Source: a virus. From it: a stretch of DNA of 64,000 nt. The notes under the pieces were generated by a model, which made no database searches, was not told where the DNA came from, and saw nothing but the letters and a program-made list of their open reading frames with translations. Below, piece by piece: positions 17,506 through 27,523 of the stretch (positions are counted from its first letter, which is position 1; each line of letters starts with the position of its first letter). Position numbers and translations under genes: made by a program. Location: IMG/VR virus record IMGVR_UViG_3300024265_000041, positions 20,256 through 84,255 of that record; one strand, given 5' to 3'.

Positions 17506-20301
17506 ATGGCTACTGCAATAACCTATATAAAGTCAGTTACACAATCAGGAAGTGATTCTGATGTTTCTACCCTGAACATTAACGTGCCTGCAGGAAGTGG
17601 CGCTTGTTTGGTAGTTTCTATAGCGGCAAAAGACACTAACATAACTGTCAATAGCGTGGTATTCAACGGAAGCGAAACCTTTGATGAAGTAGGAGTTTCT
17701 AGAAACGGTAACGCTAGTTCTTTTTTATATATATTGAAATCCCCCTCAATAGATCTAACCGCAGATGTAGTTATTACAATGAGCGATTCCTCAAGACTAG
17801 TGACTGGGGTTTCTCTCTATAATGGCGTTGACCCAAATAGCCCATTCAACGTAAGTTTTAACGCCCAATCTAACGGCACTGACAACAACCCAAGCCTACA
17901 AGTTACCCCTGACGACGGTAATTGGTATGTCGATAGTTTGTGTCAAGTTTCAGCAGGGCCAGACACTATAGACACCCATTCTCCAGGCACCTTAGTAACC
18001 AATCAAGCAGCCATAGGTGGAGGTACAGACACTAGGGTAGGATCCATGTACTTTGCTTGTGACGGTACTCAAGTTAGCGCTAGTTACGGTATGTCTGGGT
18101 CTGATAACTGGGCTCTCCAAGCTACTGCTTTACGGGTACCTCAGGTAGCTAACCAAACAGTTTCAACTAACTCAGCATTTGATGCCGATACTATAGAATC
18201 TCTTACTCAGAGTTCTAACATAAATATAGCTGTTGCCCAAGTTTTTGAGACTAATCTTGCACAGCCGATTACTCTAGACAATGGGGCTCAAGGGGTCAAT
18301 GTATTCCAGGTCACAGAAACTAATTTATCTCAAACCATTACTCCCTCAACTGGTAACGTAAACATAACTGTTTCTCAGTCCACTGAAAGTGATGCTTCCC
18401 AATCTGTAACAGCATTTTCTTCTATACCTATAACGGTAACTCAGGTCACAGAATCTAATTTAGCTCAGGTGATAACTCCGGTTGTTGGGAATACAAACAT
18501 TACAGTGTCCCAGATATCAGAAACAGATTTATCTAGAACTCTTACTATTTCAGCTGGGAACGTGAATGTGTCTTTGGCTCAATCTGTTGAGACTGACACT
18601 TCACAAATAGTAATCCCAGTCCAATCAACTAATGTTTCTGTTCTACAGGTTACTGAAACAGATTTATCTCAAATCATTACTCCATTAGCTGGCAATGTTG
18701 ATGTAACTTTAAACCAAAATTCTGAAACAGATTTATCTCAAACACTCACCCCATTAGCTGGCAATGTTGATGTAACTTTAAATCAGATTTCTGAAACAGA
18801 TTTATCTCAGGTTATTATTCCTATTCAATCAACTGTTGTTGCTGTTAGTCAAAGTTCTGAAACAAATTCATCTCAAATCATTACTCCATTAGCTGGAAAT
18901 GTTGATGTAACTTTAAACCAGATTTCTGAAACAGATTTATCTCAAACCCTCACCCCACTAGCTGGTAATGTTGATGTAACTTTAAACCAGATTTCTGAAA
19001 CAGATTTATCTCAAACCCTCACCCCATTAACTGGTAATGTTGATGTAACTTTAAATCAGAATTTTGAGACAGATTTATCTCAGGTTATTATTCCTATTCA
19101 ATCAATTGTTGTTGCGGTTAGTCAAAGTTCTGAAACAGATTTATCTCAAACCCTCACCCCACTAGCTGGTAATGTTGATGTAACTTTAAACCAGATTTCT
19201 GAAACAGATTTATCTCAACCCCTCACCCCTACTAGTAACATTAATATTTCTGTTGGTCAGGTTTTAGAAATAGATTTATCTCAGGATATTATCCCACTTG
19301 CTGGTAGCGTTGGTGTCACTTTAAGTCAGATTTCTGAAACTGATTTATCTCAAATCATTACTCCATTAGCTGGTAATGTTGATGTAACTTTAACCCAGAA
19401 TTTTGAAACAGATTTATCTCAGATTATTACCCCTACTCAATCAACTGTTGTTGCTGTTATCCAGGTTTCTGAAACTGACTTATCTCAGGTTATTAACCCA
19501 TTTGAAGGTAATGTTGATGTTACTTTAAATCAGATTTCTGAAACAGATTTATCTCAAACTTTCACCTCCACTAGTAGCATTAATATTTCTGTTGGTCAGG
19601 GTTTAGAGACAGATTTATCTCAAACCTTCACCCCACTAGCTGGGAATGTTGATGTAATTTTAAATCAGGTGTCTGAAACAGATTTATCTCAACCCCTCAC
19701 CCTACTTGCTGGTAATATTGATATAGGTTTAAATCAGGTGTCTGAAACAGATACGTCACAGATTATTAACCCAACCCAATCATCTTTTGTTCCCCTTAAT
19801 CAAATTACTGAAACAGATTTATCTCACGTTATTAACCCACTAGCTGGGAATGTTGATGTAATTTTAAATCAGGTGTCTGAAACAGATACGTCACAGATTG
19901 TTACCCAGGTAAATAACATTGACCTTTCTGTTGGGCAGGTCTCAGAATCAAATTCATCTCAAATAATTACACCATCTGCTGGCAATGTCGATATCTCTGT
20001 AACTCAGGTTGTCGAGGTTGACACTTCTAAGGCTATAGGAGTTTCAGCAGATGGGGTTATATCTGCTAATCAGGTTTTCGAGACAGATTTAGCCCAGCCA
20101 ATAACAGTGGTGGTAGGTGGAATTAACATAAATGTTAACTTAGTCAATGAGATCGATTTGTCACAAGTAGTAACAGTTATACCTAGCAATATCCTTGCTG
20201 TAGGTCAGGCTTTAGAAGTAGAACTAGCTCAACCTATATCTCCTCTTATTTCAAGCTCTAGTCTGTTATATTATCAGACTATAATTAGATTAATGAGATA
20301 A
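17506..20301 (+). CDS. Long repeat protein, putative fibre or appendage
   Basis: About 215-aa beta-rich N-terminal domain, then ~31 repeats of 22-23 aa (V.Q..ETDLSQ.ITP.AGNVDV). Confidence 0.75.
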   Translation: MATAITYIKSVTQSGSDSDVSTLNINVPAGSGACLVVSIAAKDTNITVNSVVFNGSETFDEVGVSRNGNASSFLYILKSPSIDLTADVVITMSDSSRLVTGVSLYNGVDPNSPFNVSFNAQSNGTDNNPSLQVTPDDGNWYVDSLCQVSAGPDTIDTHSPGTLVTNQAAIGGGTDTRVGSMYFACDGTQVSASYGMSGSDNWALQATALRVPQVANQTVSTNSAFDADTIESLTQSSNINIAVAQVFETNLAQPITLDNGAQGVNVFQVTETNLSQTITPSTGNVNITVSQSTESDASQSVTAFSSIPITVTQVTESNLAQVITPVVGNTNITVSQISETDLSRTLTISAGNVNVSLAQSVETDTSQIVIPVQSTNVSVLQVTETDLSQIITPLAGNVDVTLNQNSETDLSQTLTPLAGNVDVTLNQISETDLSQVIIPIQSTVVAVSQSSETNSSQIITPLAGNVDVTLNQISETDLSQTLTPLAGNVDVTLNQISETDLSQTLTPLTGNVDVTLNQNFETDLSQVIIPIQSIVVAVSQSSETDLSQTLTPLAGNVDVTLNQISETDLSQPLTPTSNINISVGQVLEIDLSQDIIPLAGSVGVTLSQISETDLSQIITPLAGNVDVTLTQNFETDLSQIITPTQSTVVAVIQVSETDLSQVINPFEGNVDVTLNQISETDLSQTFTSTSSINISVGQGLETDLSQTFTPLAGNVDVILNQVSETDLSQPLTLLAGNIDIGLNQVSETDTSQIINPTQSSFVPLNQITETDLSHVINPLAGNVDVILNQVSETDTSQIVTQVNNIDLSVGQVSESNSSQIITPSAGNVDISVTQVVEVDTSKAIGVSADGVISANQVFETDLAQPITVVVGGININVNLVNEIDLSQVVTVIPSNILAVGQALEVELAQPISPLISSSSLLYYQTIIRLMR
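18160..20240 (+). repeat. Coding tandem repeat, 66-69 nt period
   Basis: Recurrent tctgaaacagatttatctca and gctggtaatgttgatgtaactttaaa, near-identical in ~18650-19900. Confidence 0.95.
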
Positions 20302-20338
20302 GGTTAATATTTAAAAAAACTTAAAAGAGGAGAAAACA

Positions 20339-20659
20339 ATGAGCCAAAAAATCAAAACAACCATGACTGACGGTAGTGAAGTAACTTCAGATCACAGAGA
20401 TATTGACCCTGATACCCACCAACAAAAAGGGTATGTGATTTTATCTCAGGAGGAAAGGGACAAAGGATTTGTCAGGCCTGTTCGTAAGTCTTATGTACAC
20501 AAACATTGTGGGGCAACAACTATAATAAGTAATTCAATAGCAGAGACCTACGCTAGGGATCCTAAATTTTATACAGGAACTTTTTGCTTTCAGTGCAAAA
20601 CCCATTTTCCTATTGATCAATTTTGGTGGGAAGGAACTAAAGAAACATTAGGAACTTAA
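20339..20659 (+). CDS. Phage Zn-binding hypothetical protein
   Basis: YV.LS.EER.KGFVRPVR.SY.H..CG...AETYARDP.FY..TFC..C..HFP. Confidence 0.7.
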   Translation: MSQKIKTTMTDGSEVTSDHRDIDPDTHQQKGYVILSQEERDKGFVRPVRKSYVHKHCGATTIISNSIAETYARDPKFYTGTFCFQCKTHFPIDQFWWEGTKETLGT

Positions 20660-20675
20660 TTAATGGAGGTCAGTT

Positions 20676-21089
20676 GTGATAGAACTACTTCAATTACTGC
20701 AGGTTATAATAGAGTTGGCAAAATCTTATGGGTATGGCGTAGTCACCCTGACAGTTGTGTTAGCTAATTTTTATTTGTTGTTCACCTTAAGGAAGGGGCA
20801 TAAATCCCTGTTAGAGTCAATTAAGATAGAAACTGAAAATTCTTTAAAGGCTAACGAAGAATTGTCTTCTGCTATTATTCAATCCATGATTGACATCATT
20901 GATGAATCCAGCATAAAAATTACTGAGACAATATTAAATTGTGAAAAGTACCAAAAGTACAAACAAAAATCACATGCAAAATCTTTAGAAGAAATAATCG
21001 ACGTTCTTAATGAAATGAACAAAAGTCATTCTGAACTAAGAGGGATGTTCGGGGCTTCTTTAATGATAGGTCAAAAGAGGGTTAAATAG
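20676..21089 (+). CDS. Hypothetical membrane protein
   Basis: GGAGG RBS; N-terminal TM segment then coiled coil. Confidence 0.6.
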   Translation: MIELLQLLQVIIELAKSYGYGVVTLTVVLANFYLLFTLRKGHKSLLESIKIETENSLKANEELSSAIIQSMIDIIDESSIKITETILNCEKYQKYKQKSHAKSLEEIIDVLNEMNKSHSELRGMFGASLMIGQKRVK

Positions 21090-21812
21090 ATGTTCGTCCC
21101 AAATAATGCTCAGTTCAGAATTCTTTCCAGTTTATGCTTGAGTAAATACAAAGAAGCTCAGGCAGCTGCTCTAAATGAGGTCCAATCCAACCTGATGTAT
21201 AAGTTCCATAATATGACAAAATCTGCATTACTTCTTCAGTATGATTTATGGTTCGGGTGGCTGATCCATGTCGACAGATCTTTAGTCAGGAAATCGAAAG
21301 ACGAACTCTTAAGTAGGGACACATCTAACTCCCTTTTGGTAGCAGCAGAAACTCTTGAAACTCATAGGTATGAACACATCATAAAACGTGAAAATAAAAT
21401 ATTTTCTAATGATTTTTTGGAAGGTCATTTTGCTGTTAGGAAATTCTCGTTCGATGCTTTTAGGGTGAACATAAGAAAATCCTCAGGGCAAAAAGTCGGT
21501 GATGCTATGTACTCACTCACAAGATCTGTAATGACCATGTTAGAGAATTCCCTTTATGAACTACAGGAGTTAGATTTCATTTTGTTTGGAGATAAGAGTG
21601 AGAAAGCTTTTTTAAGCATCCAGGACTGGGATATGGACCTACTTAGAACTACAAATAATTGTGTAGTACTGAGAAGAGGTAAGTTATTTTCTGAAGTCTA
21701 TGGGGTATCTGAGTTTAACCTGAAAAGTTATACATCAGATCAAACTCCTAATATTGGATTATTATTAAAAAAACTTGAAGACTTAGAGATATCAGTTATC
21801 AACGTAATTTAA
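21090..21812 (+). CDS. Hypothetical protein
   Basis: 240-aa ORF abutting the upstream stop. Confidence 0.6.
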   Translation: MFVPNNAQFRILSSLCLSKYKEAQAAALNEVQSNLMYKFHNMTKSALLLQYDLWFGWLIHVDRSLVRKSKDELLSRDTSNSLLVAAETLETHRYEHIIKRENKIFSNDFLEGHFAVRKFSFDAFRVNIRKSSGQKVGDAMYSLTRSVMTMLENSLYELQELDFILFGDKSEKAFLSIQDWDMDLLRTTNNCVVLRRGKLFSEVYGVSEFNLKSYTSDQTPNIGLLLKKLEDLEISVINVI

Positions 21813-21974
21813 TTAAAGATTCAACCTGTAAGAAATTTCTTTTAATGTTTCGTCCTGTCTGACTGACAGAGTTTCTTGCTCTGCTATACTCATAACAAAG
21901 TCGTATTCCCATGAAGTGAGGTCTTCAGGGTCATCTAAGAGTTCATTGATTACTTCAATCTGATTTTTGTTCAT
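21813..21974 (-). CDS. Small hypothetical protein (53 aa, not in ORF track)
   Basis: AGGAG RBS; MNKNQIEVINELLDDPEDLTSWEYDFVMSI... Confidence 0.6.
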   Translation of the reverse strand: MNKNQIEVINELLDDPEDLTSWEYDFVMSIAEQETLSVRQDETLKEISYRLNL

Positions 21975-22150
21975 TTTTGCTCCTTTTTGATAGCTCTTCT
22001 ACAACGAGAACAGATATTTCCAAAGGCACTAGAAGTCTTACCTTTAGACATTAATATTTTGTTGCAAAGGCTGTGGTCACCAGGAAATGATCCCTCCCTG
22101 TATGCGTGATTAACTTTAGTGGATGGGTGAGGTTGCCAAACTATATTCAT
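21971..22150 (-). CDS. Small Zn-finger-like protein (59 aa, not in ORF track)
   Basis: AGGAG RBS; MNIVWQPHPSTKVNHAY...SLC...CSRC; ATGA overlap with next gene. Confidence 0.6.
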   Translation of the reverse strand: MNIVWQPHPSTKVNHAYREGSFPGDHSLCNKILMSKGKTSSAFGNICSRCRRAIKKEQK

Positions 22151-22162
22151 GATTTCTCCTGG

Positions 22163-22441
22163 TTACCTTTTGTACTGCCATTTGATGGAAGGTTTTAACA
22201 TGGTGTGCCTTTCGTAAGCGCCCCAGACAGCTCCTCCCATAAACATAACTGTATGAGGATTGAACCACCACTTGAATTCTTCTGACATCAAATAGGTAAT
22301 TATTAGGTCTGGAATTGTTATGCACACGACCATAACCAATAACGATTTAATCCTACGTTTAGTGAAAATTTTACGCCAAAAACCTTTTACTTTTATATGC
22401 TTTAAGCTCCCCCATCTTAAATCTTTCCAATTTATTTTCAT
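22163..22441 (-). CDS. Hypothetical membrane protein
   Basis: RBS; two hydrophobic segments. Confidence 0.55.
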   Translation of the reverse strand: MKINWKDLRWGSLKHIKVKGFWRKIFTKRRIKSLLVMVVCITIPDLIITYLMSEEFKWWFNPHTVMFMGGAVWGAYERHTMLKPSIKWQYKR

Positions 22442-22456
22442 TACTACCTTCCTCAG

Positions 22457-22639
22457 TTATTTAATTATCCTGCAACCGCATTTTCTCCTAACGATAGACA
22501 ACCTCTTTTTCTTATTTTTATCCATTCTAATTTCCCTAGCAATCCTTTTAGCGCATTCCGGGCAATCGTTGTGGTTGTAATACTCTCCTAAATATTGCCT
22601 GCCGCACCCAAAACATGCCTTAGTTACCATCAATGCCAT
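22457..22639 (-). CDS. Small Zn-ribbon protein
   Basis: CFGC...CPEC; RBS supports ATG 22639. Confidence 0.55.
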   Translation of the reverse strand: MALMVTKACFGCGRQYLGEYYNHNDCPECAKRIAREIRMDKNKKKRLSIVRRKCGCRIIK

Positions 22640-22640
22640 C

Positions 22641-24827
22641 TTATTGCTCCCCTCCAATAAAAATGACGTTCTGAGCTATCGTCTGCTCTGCCATTCTGTG
22701 GGTAACGTACAGTATTTGTTTACCCGTAGCAGCCAGGATACCAGCGAGCGCCGCTGAGTTCTCTTCGTTCATTTGGGAACTCGCCTCATCCAGCATCAGA
22801 TAGCTGCTCTGGCCGTAGAAAAGATCACATAGAGCTAACCTCAAAGCTACCCCCATAATCTCCTGTTGGCAACCAGAGGCCGATTTGACGGAGAATTCTC
22901 GACCTTTCTCGACGTAGGAGAATGTACCGTTGTCTTTGAGGCGTATTTCAGTTATTTGATCTTCCTGGTTTTGTGTAGTGGAAGAGGCAATTTCGGATGC
23001 CCTGGCCAATATGACTCCCCAAATAGACCCGAGGAAGCGAGTTCTGCTATCGCGTAGGTACTTCTGGAGGTCCTGGGTGAGATTCAATTTTACCTTGACC
23101 TGTTTAACCTCCACCTCTTTGTTACGTGCTACGGTGAGCGCGTTGCCCTTAGCAGTGACATCATATTCGAGTTCGGTATCTTCTCGGGTAACGTCTGCCA
23201 AATTTTCTTTGGCGGTTTCGAGGTCGTTCTGACTGTGTCTTAATTGAGTATAAAATTCATTAACCTCCAATAATGAGGTATTAGCTATGGGCTCCTGCTT
23301 GGCAATATCGTCTAGTAATTGATTAATAGATCTTTTAAGTGACTCTAACTCACTAGTGGCAAGTGTCTGATCGCTAAGGGCCAAATTAAGGTCCTCCCGA
23401 ACGGTGGTCAGGGTTGCTAATTCATGTTCGGCTACTTCTATTTTGTCAGAAGAGGGTAGGTCTTTGTATTCTTCTATCTCTTTTTTAAGTTCACTCAGTT
23501 GGGCAACGGCTGAATCCAAAGCCTCCTGGGTTCCGTCCCCAGGGTGTTCTTCAATCAGTTGATCTAAATTCTCTTTAGACTCAGTGTAAGATTTAGATGC
23601 TATATCAGTCTCGCCCAGTAAGATTTCTGTACGGGCATTTAGTTTTTTTATCTCAGTTTCTAAATCTCTTTGATTGAAGTTTTCGTGTTCCCTGTGACAG
23701 GTTGGGCACTCACCTTCGTCTAACGCTTTTTCCAATCTGCTAATATCCAACTGGATAGATCGGACAGACTCTTTGGCAGTAACATAAATTTTCTCCAAAC
23801 CGTCTAATTGAGATTGTTCGTTGGCAATTACTATGTCTAGTTCCTCTGCCAACTTCACATTAGGTTTCCCTGTTATACCTATCCATTCTTCAGTCTCATA
23901 CAAAGAAATTTCAGCAGAGTCCCGTCTGGGAGCTTTCTTTGCATTCTCCAAATGGTTCTTAAGAAACTCAGATTCTTTTTTGGTTGCAGCCTGAGCCTGT
24001 TCAGCTAAGTCTTTAGGGAACGAGTTCACTTGATCCTTACTCTCTTCAAATTGTTTTTCTACATCCATCAACCTGATTTTAAGACCTGCCATACAATCTA
24101 TAGCAAAGTTAACTTTCTCGTTGGATGCCTCAGCTTTACGAATATTTTCTTCTAACTCTTTTTTCTTATTACAGGCATTATCAAAAACTTCAGCTGCATC
24201 TTTAAGGGTGGAAGCGTGAAGCTCGTGAGCAACCTCTGACTCCTTCAGCATTTCTTTTAACTGTTCAATACTGAACTCACCGATATCCATCCCTTCAATT
24301 TTCCCAGACAGGAAGGTAGCATTTTTACCGGCCTTCTTAATCATCTTGTCGATGATTGAAATCTTGGCCATGGCCTCAACTTTCTTCTGCAGGTCGGTAG
24401 CCCCTATTGTTAGGAGAACGCTGGTCTCCATCTGGCGAGAGTAAGTGTGGGTGAGGAATTCTTTTACATCTGCCCCGTAAGTATCCTCTACCCAGGAAGT
24501 GACTGACGTGCTCCCTGTGGCTATCATCTCCCCAGTTTTTACGTTAAGAACTTTGGCATCTTTATGGGTACGGATAACTTCAACTTCGGTTCCGTCTTCC
24601 GGGGTTATTAAATTTAATGAGACCTTACATGACTTCTCCCCGGTTGTGATTAACTCAGATTTATCACTACCAATTGCCCTCATGCCATACAAGGCAAAAG
24701 CAATTGCTGCTAGTAACGTAGATTTACCTGAGAAGTTTGGCCCACGAATGACGTTCATCCCGTCAGTAAAATTTACAGATAAGCTGTTGTGCTTTTTAAA
24801 ATTGGTTAGTTCTGCTGCTAGTAGCAT
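22641..24827 (-). CDS. sbcC: SbcC/Rad50-like ATPase (recombination nuclease subunit)
   Basis: Walker A GPNFSGKST, coiled coil with CPTC Zn hook, signature ASGCQ, Walker B LMLDE, VTH. Confidence 0.93.
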   Translation of the reverse strand: MLLAAELTNFKKHNSLSVNFTDGMNVIRGPNFSGKSTLLAAIAFALYGMRAIGSDKSELITTGEKSCKVSLNLITPEDGTEVEVIRTHKDAKVLNVKTGEMIATGSTSVTSWVEDTYGADVKEFLTHTYSRQMETSVLLTIGATDLQKKVEAMAKISIIDKMIKKAGKNATFLSGKIEGMDIGEFSIEQLKEMLKESEVAHELHASTLKDAAEVFDNACNKKKELEENIRKAEASNEKVNFAIDCMAGLKIRLMDVEKQFEESKDQVNSFPKDLAEQAQAATKKESEFLKNHLENAKKAPRRDSAEISLYETEEWIGITGKPNVKLAEELDIVIANEQSQLDGLEKIYVTAKESVRSIQLDISRLEKALDEGECPTCHREHENFNQRDLETEIKKLNARTEILLGETDIASKSYTESKENLDQLIEEHPGDGTQEALDSAVAQLSELKKEIEEYKDLPSSDKIEVAEHELATLTTVREDLNLALSDQTLATSELESLKRSINQLLDDIAKQEPIANTSLLEVNEFYTQLRHSQNDLETAKENLADVTREDTELEYDVTAKGNALTVARNKEVEVKQVKVKLNLTQDLQKYLRDSRTRFLGSIWGVILARASEIASSTTQNQEDQITEIRLKDNGTFSYVEKGREFSVKSASGCQQEIMGVALRLALCDLFYGQSSYLMLDEASSQMNEENSAALAGILAATGKQILYVTHRMAEQTIAQNVIFIGGEQ

Positions 24828-24852
24828 CCCTTCATACCTCCTTCTATTTTAT

Positions 24853-25134
24853 TTAGTTCAACCTGAGGTCTATGACTACATACTCACAGGTCATTTCAAC
24901 TCCTGCTCCAAAAACAGGAGTGCTGGCCTTAAACTTAATTGTAGCTCCAGGTGTGTTATTACATACATCTACCATACTGTTATAGTGGATTATTTTTGAA
25001 TTCTGACCTGCTTTGTAATACCCAACTAACCAAAGTACTGATACCATGAACCCCGCTATTATGAGGCACAGTATTACGAACCTAACTAACTTTTTGACTA
25101 ACTTCATAACATCTAACTTTATGTCCACAACCAA
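24853..25134 (-). CDS. Hypothetical membrane protein
   Basis: One TM helix; fills the gap between sbcD and sbcC. Confidence 0.5.
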   Translation of the reverse strand: MVVDIKLDVMKLVKKLVRFVILCLIIAGFMVSVLWLVGYYKAGQNSKIIHYNSMVDVCNNTPGATIKFKASTPVFGAGVEMTCEYVVIDLRLN

Positions 25135-25138
25135 TCCC

Positions 25139-26197
25139 CTATTCTACTTCAGTCAGTATTTCTTCAAAAATCTCTTCCAGGTTTGTACCTTTCAACTCTT
25201 TCCTGATGGTGTCTGGCAACGACTCAAGTTCATCGACGTTGATTATTTTTTCTTTCTCAACGCTAATGGTCTCTACTGCATTTTTAATTGCGTAGGCGTT
25301 TGGGAATTTCTTCCACAGACCAACCATCCATTTTGAAAAGGCCGGGTATTCTTCTGAAGGTATTTCACCGACTATACGAACGAACTGAGTATTGTCACTA
25401 AGGAACCCTTCGTCTAACTCCTCAAAAGGATCTAGTTCCAGGTAGTGAAGTGCTTCTTCCCAAATTAGATTTTTAGTCATTCCGTTCTCTTGATCATAAG
25501 ACCAAATATATTTGTCGGCAATGTCAGCGAACCCTGTTGGGTGGTGGTTGCCTAACATAATAATGCGACCTTTTTTGTAGGTGTTTGAGTTATGCTCATG
25601 CCCTATCAAAACATAATCGAATGAGTCCAATAGAACATCACCATCATCGTCAGTTAGGTTCAGAGTGGTATCGTTCTTATCCCACGGCATATTATAGTTG
25701 CAGTGGAGACATAGGATTTTGACTGTACCATCGTCCATACTGTCTGCCCTTTCCATAGCTTCTTCTATGGTGCTTTCGAAAAGTTCCTGGTCGCAATGAT
25801 GAGGGATCATAAATACCATGACATTGTCTATAAGTTCCAGAGAGTACCCACCTTTCCCAATTTCGTTTAAAACTATTTCTGAGCAGGAGTCCTGTTCGTC
25901 TAACATTTCCTTTATCAACTGAAGAGACCCCTTAATCCCTTCCTGATTTTTAAGGTCATGATTACCGGCCAAAACATAATCAAAATTACTGCAAATAGAA
26001 TACCCCTGAGCTATGGTCATTTCATTATTGCTGTAGGAGTCGAATAAGTCCCCACAAAACACAGAAAAGTCGCACTCCTGTGTGGATACTTCGTATGCTA
26101 GGTCGTATAACTTTTGTTTCAGCAAACGTCGTGAAGCAAAAGTGGTGTTCGCATTGAGGGTTTTTCCTAAATGGAAGTCACTGGGGAAGATAATCAT
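25139..26197 (-). CDS. sbcD: SbcD/Mre11-like metallophosphoesterase nuclease
   Basis: SDFHLG, GDLFD, GNHD, GHEH motifs; adjacent to sbcC. Confidence 0.93.
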   Translation of the reverse strand: MIIFPSDFHLGKTLNANTTFASRRLLKQKLYDLAYEVSTQECDFSVFCGDLFDSYSNNEMTIAQGYSICSNFDYVLAGNHDLKNQEGIKGSLQLIKEMLDEQDSCSEIVLNEIGKGGYSLELIDNVMVFMIPHHCDQELFESTIEEAMERADSMDDGTVKILCLHCNYNMPWDKNDTTLNLTDDDGDVLLDSFDYVLIGHEHNSNTYKKGRIIMLGNHHPTGFADIADKYIWSYDQENGMTKNLIWEEALHYLELDPFEELDEGFLSDNTQFVRIVGEIPSEEYPAFSKWMVGLWKKFPNAYAIKNAVETISVEKEKIINVDELESLPDTIRKELKGTNLEEIFEEILTEVE

Positions 26198-26415
26198 TAG
26201 TTTTCATCCTCATATTTGTTTACTAATACCTTACCGTGGATATTGTTTAGAGACCTAACCAAATCATCTTTCTTTTGGCTCTCTCTATGAAGTTTATCAA
26301 ATTTCTTTTTCTCTTCTACATACTCAGATTTATACATTACAAACAACTTTATAGACTCAGACATTAGCCAAACGCTTAAGATAAGTAAAATACTTCCTAA
26401 AATAAAATCAATCAT
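26197..26415 (-). CDS. Hypothetical membrane protein
   Basis: N-terminal TM; coupled to neighbours. Confidence 0.5.
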   Translation of the reverse strand: MIDFILGSILLILSVWLMSESIKLFVMYKSEYVEEKKKFDKLHRESQKKDDLVRSLNNIHGKVLVNKYEDEN

Positions 26416-26419
26416 GTTG

Positions 26420-26740
26420 TTAATAAATCCAAAGAGACTCAGTTAGGATCTTAGTTACTTTTTTCAGAGGTGCGCTTTTCTTATTTTTGTTCAACTCTAC
26501 CAAAGCCTCATGCAAAACTCTTGACTCAGGTTTCGTCAGGCGAATACAGGGGTGTAACTCTTGAGAACCTTTTTTGAAATAGATTTCTAATGATTCTATT
26601 TTCTTTTTCCTTTTGTTAATCAGGTACTGCTCTCCCAACCACTTAGATATGAGAATAAAATCTCGTTTGCTCCCAATAAATATATGATCTTCCCCACAAC
26701 TTTCTCCCATACCGTTTAGTTTTGCGAATACTTCTAACAT
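26420..26740 (-). CDS. Hypothetical protein
   Basis: Translationally coupled ORF. Confidence 0.5.
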   Translation of the reverse strand: MLEVFAKLNGMGESCGEDHIFIGSKRDFILISKWLGEQYLINKRKKKIESLEIYFKKGSQELHPCIRLTKPESRVLHEALVELNKNKKSAPLKKVTKILTESLWIY

Positions 26741-27036
26741 TAGTTTACCTTGTCTCTTAACTTATTTGACTCGTGGATAGCTATCTCACCCCTAACTGTG
26801 GAGCCGTCTTCGTACTGGATATAGGCCTCTTTAACAACACCGTGACCACAACATGCGTTCATAACTCCGGGTAGCGTCCCTAAACAGGGGTCATGTCCTT
26901 CTGGCGTATTCTTTTCTCCGCACTTACCGCATGACCTTTCTAGGTAAGTAAATCTAGAAGGTTCCTTAGTATCTAGGTAAACCCACTCACCATTTAAAAA
27001 TTCAATTTCGTGTCCTCTAAGTTTACTTTTTATCAT
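26740..27036 (-). CDS. Cys/His-rich hypothetical protein (paralogue of 50694-51011)
   Basis: CG.C....DPC...LPG.MNACCGHG..EAYIQ. Confidence 0.7.
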   Translation of the reverse strand: MIKSKLRGHEIEFLNGEWVYLDTKEPSRFTYLERSCGKCGEKNTPEGHDPCLGTLPGVMNACCGHGVVKEAYIQYEDGSTVRGEIAIHESNKLRDKVN

Positions 27037-27037
27037 A

Positions 27038-27520
27038 TTACGTGACCCTCCTGTTTAAGTAAGCAAGGATCTCTTTCACGTTCTGCTTGGTGTACTTCCT
27101 CACGTCAGCTGCATATCTAATATTAGGTTTAACTCTTGGAGTGTAATAGGCCTTCATAAGGTCTTTCGCATTCCATAACTCAAGTGAGTAAGTAAGCTCA
27201 CTGGCGAACAGTATCCAGTAAGAACCTCCAGCTCTGATTTGTTTTTTAGCCGCTGTCATTTGATGATCTTTGACAGAAGTTTTTAAACAGTCAACTAAAC
27301 TGCCATGCTTCACTGAGGCTTTACATTCAATTCGATGGTGGTGCCCAGCTATTAACAGTCCATAGTCAGCAGGGGCCTTCTGTGCAAACCCACGAACTCC
27401 AGCAGCTTTTTTATCAGGGTATCGATACATACGGGCATCGCATAAACTTTCAATTTCTTTTAGAGCTTCTTGTGTTTTGTCTTCCAGCCGGTTACCCGCT
27501 GCCTGAGCCTGATTTCTCAT
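27038..27520 (-). CDS. Holliday junction resolvase-like PD-(D/E)xK nuclease
   Basis: G.RLE, PADY, IECK, HQ......AGG motifs. Confidence 0.75.
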   Translation of the reverse strand: MRNQAQAAGNRLEDKTQEALKEIESLCDARMYRYPDKKAAGVRGFAQKAPADYGLLIAGHHHRIECKASVKHGSLVDCLKTSVKDHQMTAAKKQIRAGGSYWILFASELTYSLELWNAKDLMKAYYTPRVKPNIRYAADVRKYTKQNVKEILAYLNRRVT

Positions 27521-27523
27521 TAC

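Noticed and set aside
18160-20240. CRISPR array
   Set aside because: The repeats are in-frame coding units with no unique spacers, and there are no cas genes.
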